DNA of 64,000 nucleotides, taken from Akkermansia muciniphila. GTDB taxonomy: Bacteria; Verrucomicrobiota; Verrucomicrobiia; Limisphaerales; F1-80-MAGS106. Shown here one piece after another: positions 63,368 through 64,000 of the stretch. A program made the position numbers and the translations under genes. Where the stretch lies: assembly GCA_945865375.1 (NCBI GenBank), contig CAMBEJ010000004.1, forward strand, positions 14,650 to 78,649. The letters run 5' to 3'. The stretch's first letter is position 1. Every line of letters starts with the position of its first letter. Below the pieces are notes generated by a model. The model was not told the origin of the DNA. It was given only the letters and a program-made list of their open reading frames with translations, and ran no database searches.

Positions 63368-64000
63368 ATGCCTCATCTCAATGGCTTTACCGGTCACATC
63401 GAACTCACCCCCTCGTTCGCTCCGCGACCCCACATCACTCATGTGCTGTTCGATTTTGACGGCACGCTCTCCCTGATCAGACAAGGGTGGCCCGAAGTCA
63501 TGGTCCCGTTGTTCGCGGAGATGCTCCCGGGAATCCCTGGAGAAACCGAGGCGGAAAAACACCAGCTCCTGTGGGACGACATCATGCGGCTCAACGGCAA
63601 GCAAACCATCTATCAGATGATCCAGCTCGCCGCCCGCATCCAGGAACGGTGCGGTCATCCAAGAGATCCACTCTGGTACAAGCATGAGTACTTGCGGCGG
63701 CTCGACGAACGCATCCACCACCGCGTCGAAGGACTCAAACAAGGTGCCTGCAAACCAGACGAGCACTTGCTCTTCGGATCCCGCCTGCTGCTCGACGAAC
63801 TCACACGCCGCGGGCTTCGTCTCTACCTCGCCAGCGGAACCGATGAACAGTTCGTCAAGAACGAGTCCGACCTGCTAGATGTGAGTCGCTACTTTGAGGG
63901 CCGCATCTACGGTGCCAAGGACGATTACAAGAGCTTTTCCAAAAAGATTGTCATCGACCGCCTGCTCCAGGAAAATAATATCCAGGGAGAACACTTGATC
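63368..64000 (+). CDS. HAD-superfamily hydrolase (runs off window end)
   Basis: MPHLNGF...HVLFDFDGTLSLIRQGW, YLASGTD. Confidence 0.88.
   Translation, partial: MPHLNGFTGHIELTPSFAPRPHITHVLFDFDGTLSLIRQGWPEVMVPLFAEMLPGIPGETEAEKHQLLWDDIMRLNGKQTIYQMIQLAARIQERCGHPRDPLWYKHEYLRRLDERIHHRVEGLKQGACKPDEHLLFGSRLLLDELTRRGLRLYLASGTDEQFVKNESDLLDVSRYFEGRIYGAKDDYKSFSKKIVIDRLLQENNIQGEHLI

Overview
GC-rich bacterial chromosome segment, most likely Verrucomicrobiota. This is inferred from the long-form IspG, DUF5069, lamin-tail/CotH surface proteins and H-X9-DG prepilin-like proteins. Housekeeping blocks (ilvD, argD, trxB, hemL, yajQ, ispG, rseP, sppA) alternate with accessory regions. (i) A defence remnant: DUF4007/SspB-like gene, truncated SspC-like ATPase and a probable HNH protein, then a vapBC pair and an ars operon. 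(ii) Two paralogous, more AT-rich cassettes (16.7-23.2 kb and 30.2-39.3 kb). Each combines a GT2 glycosyltransferase, an 'HYYSDKAPG' GT-C membrane protein, a prepilin-like protein, a small secreted Cys-rich protein and a DUF1573- or MauE-type partner. One Cys-rich gene is missing from the ORF track because of an in-frame TAG. (iii) A mosaic of gene fragments at 40-43 kb. (iv) A Ralstonia phcBSR-like methyltransferase / hybrid kinase / regulator operon divergent from a FadL-type channel, a candidate fatty-acid-methyl-ester quorum-sensing system. Several MITE and REP-like families are visible, including a 164-bp MITE with clean 5-bp target duplications at two sites. Many single-base frameshifts fall in homopolymers and may be assembly errors. 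All family calls come from motif recognition; no database searches were run.
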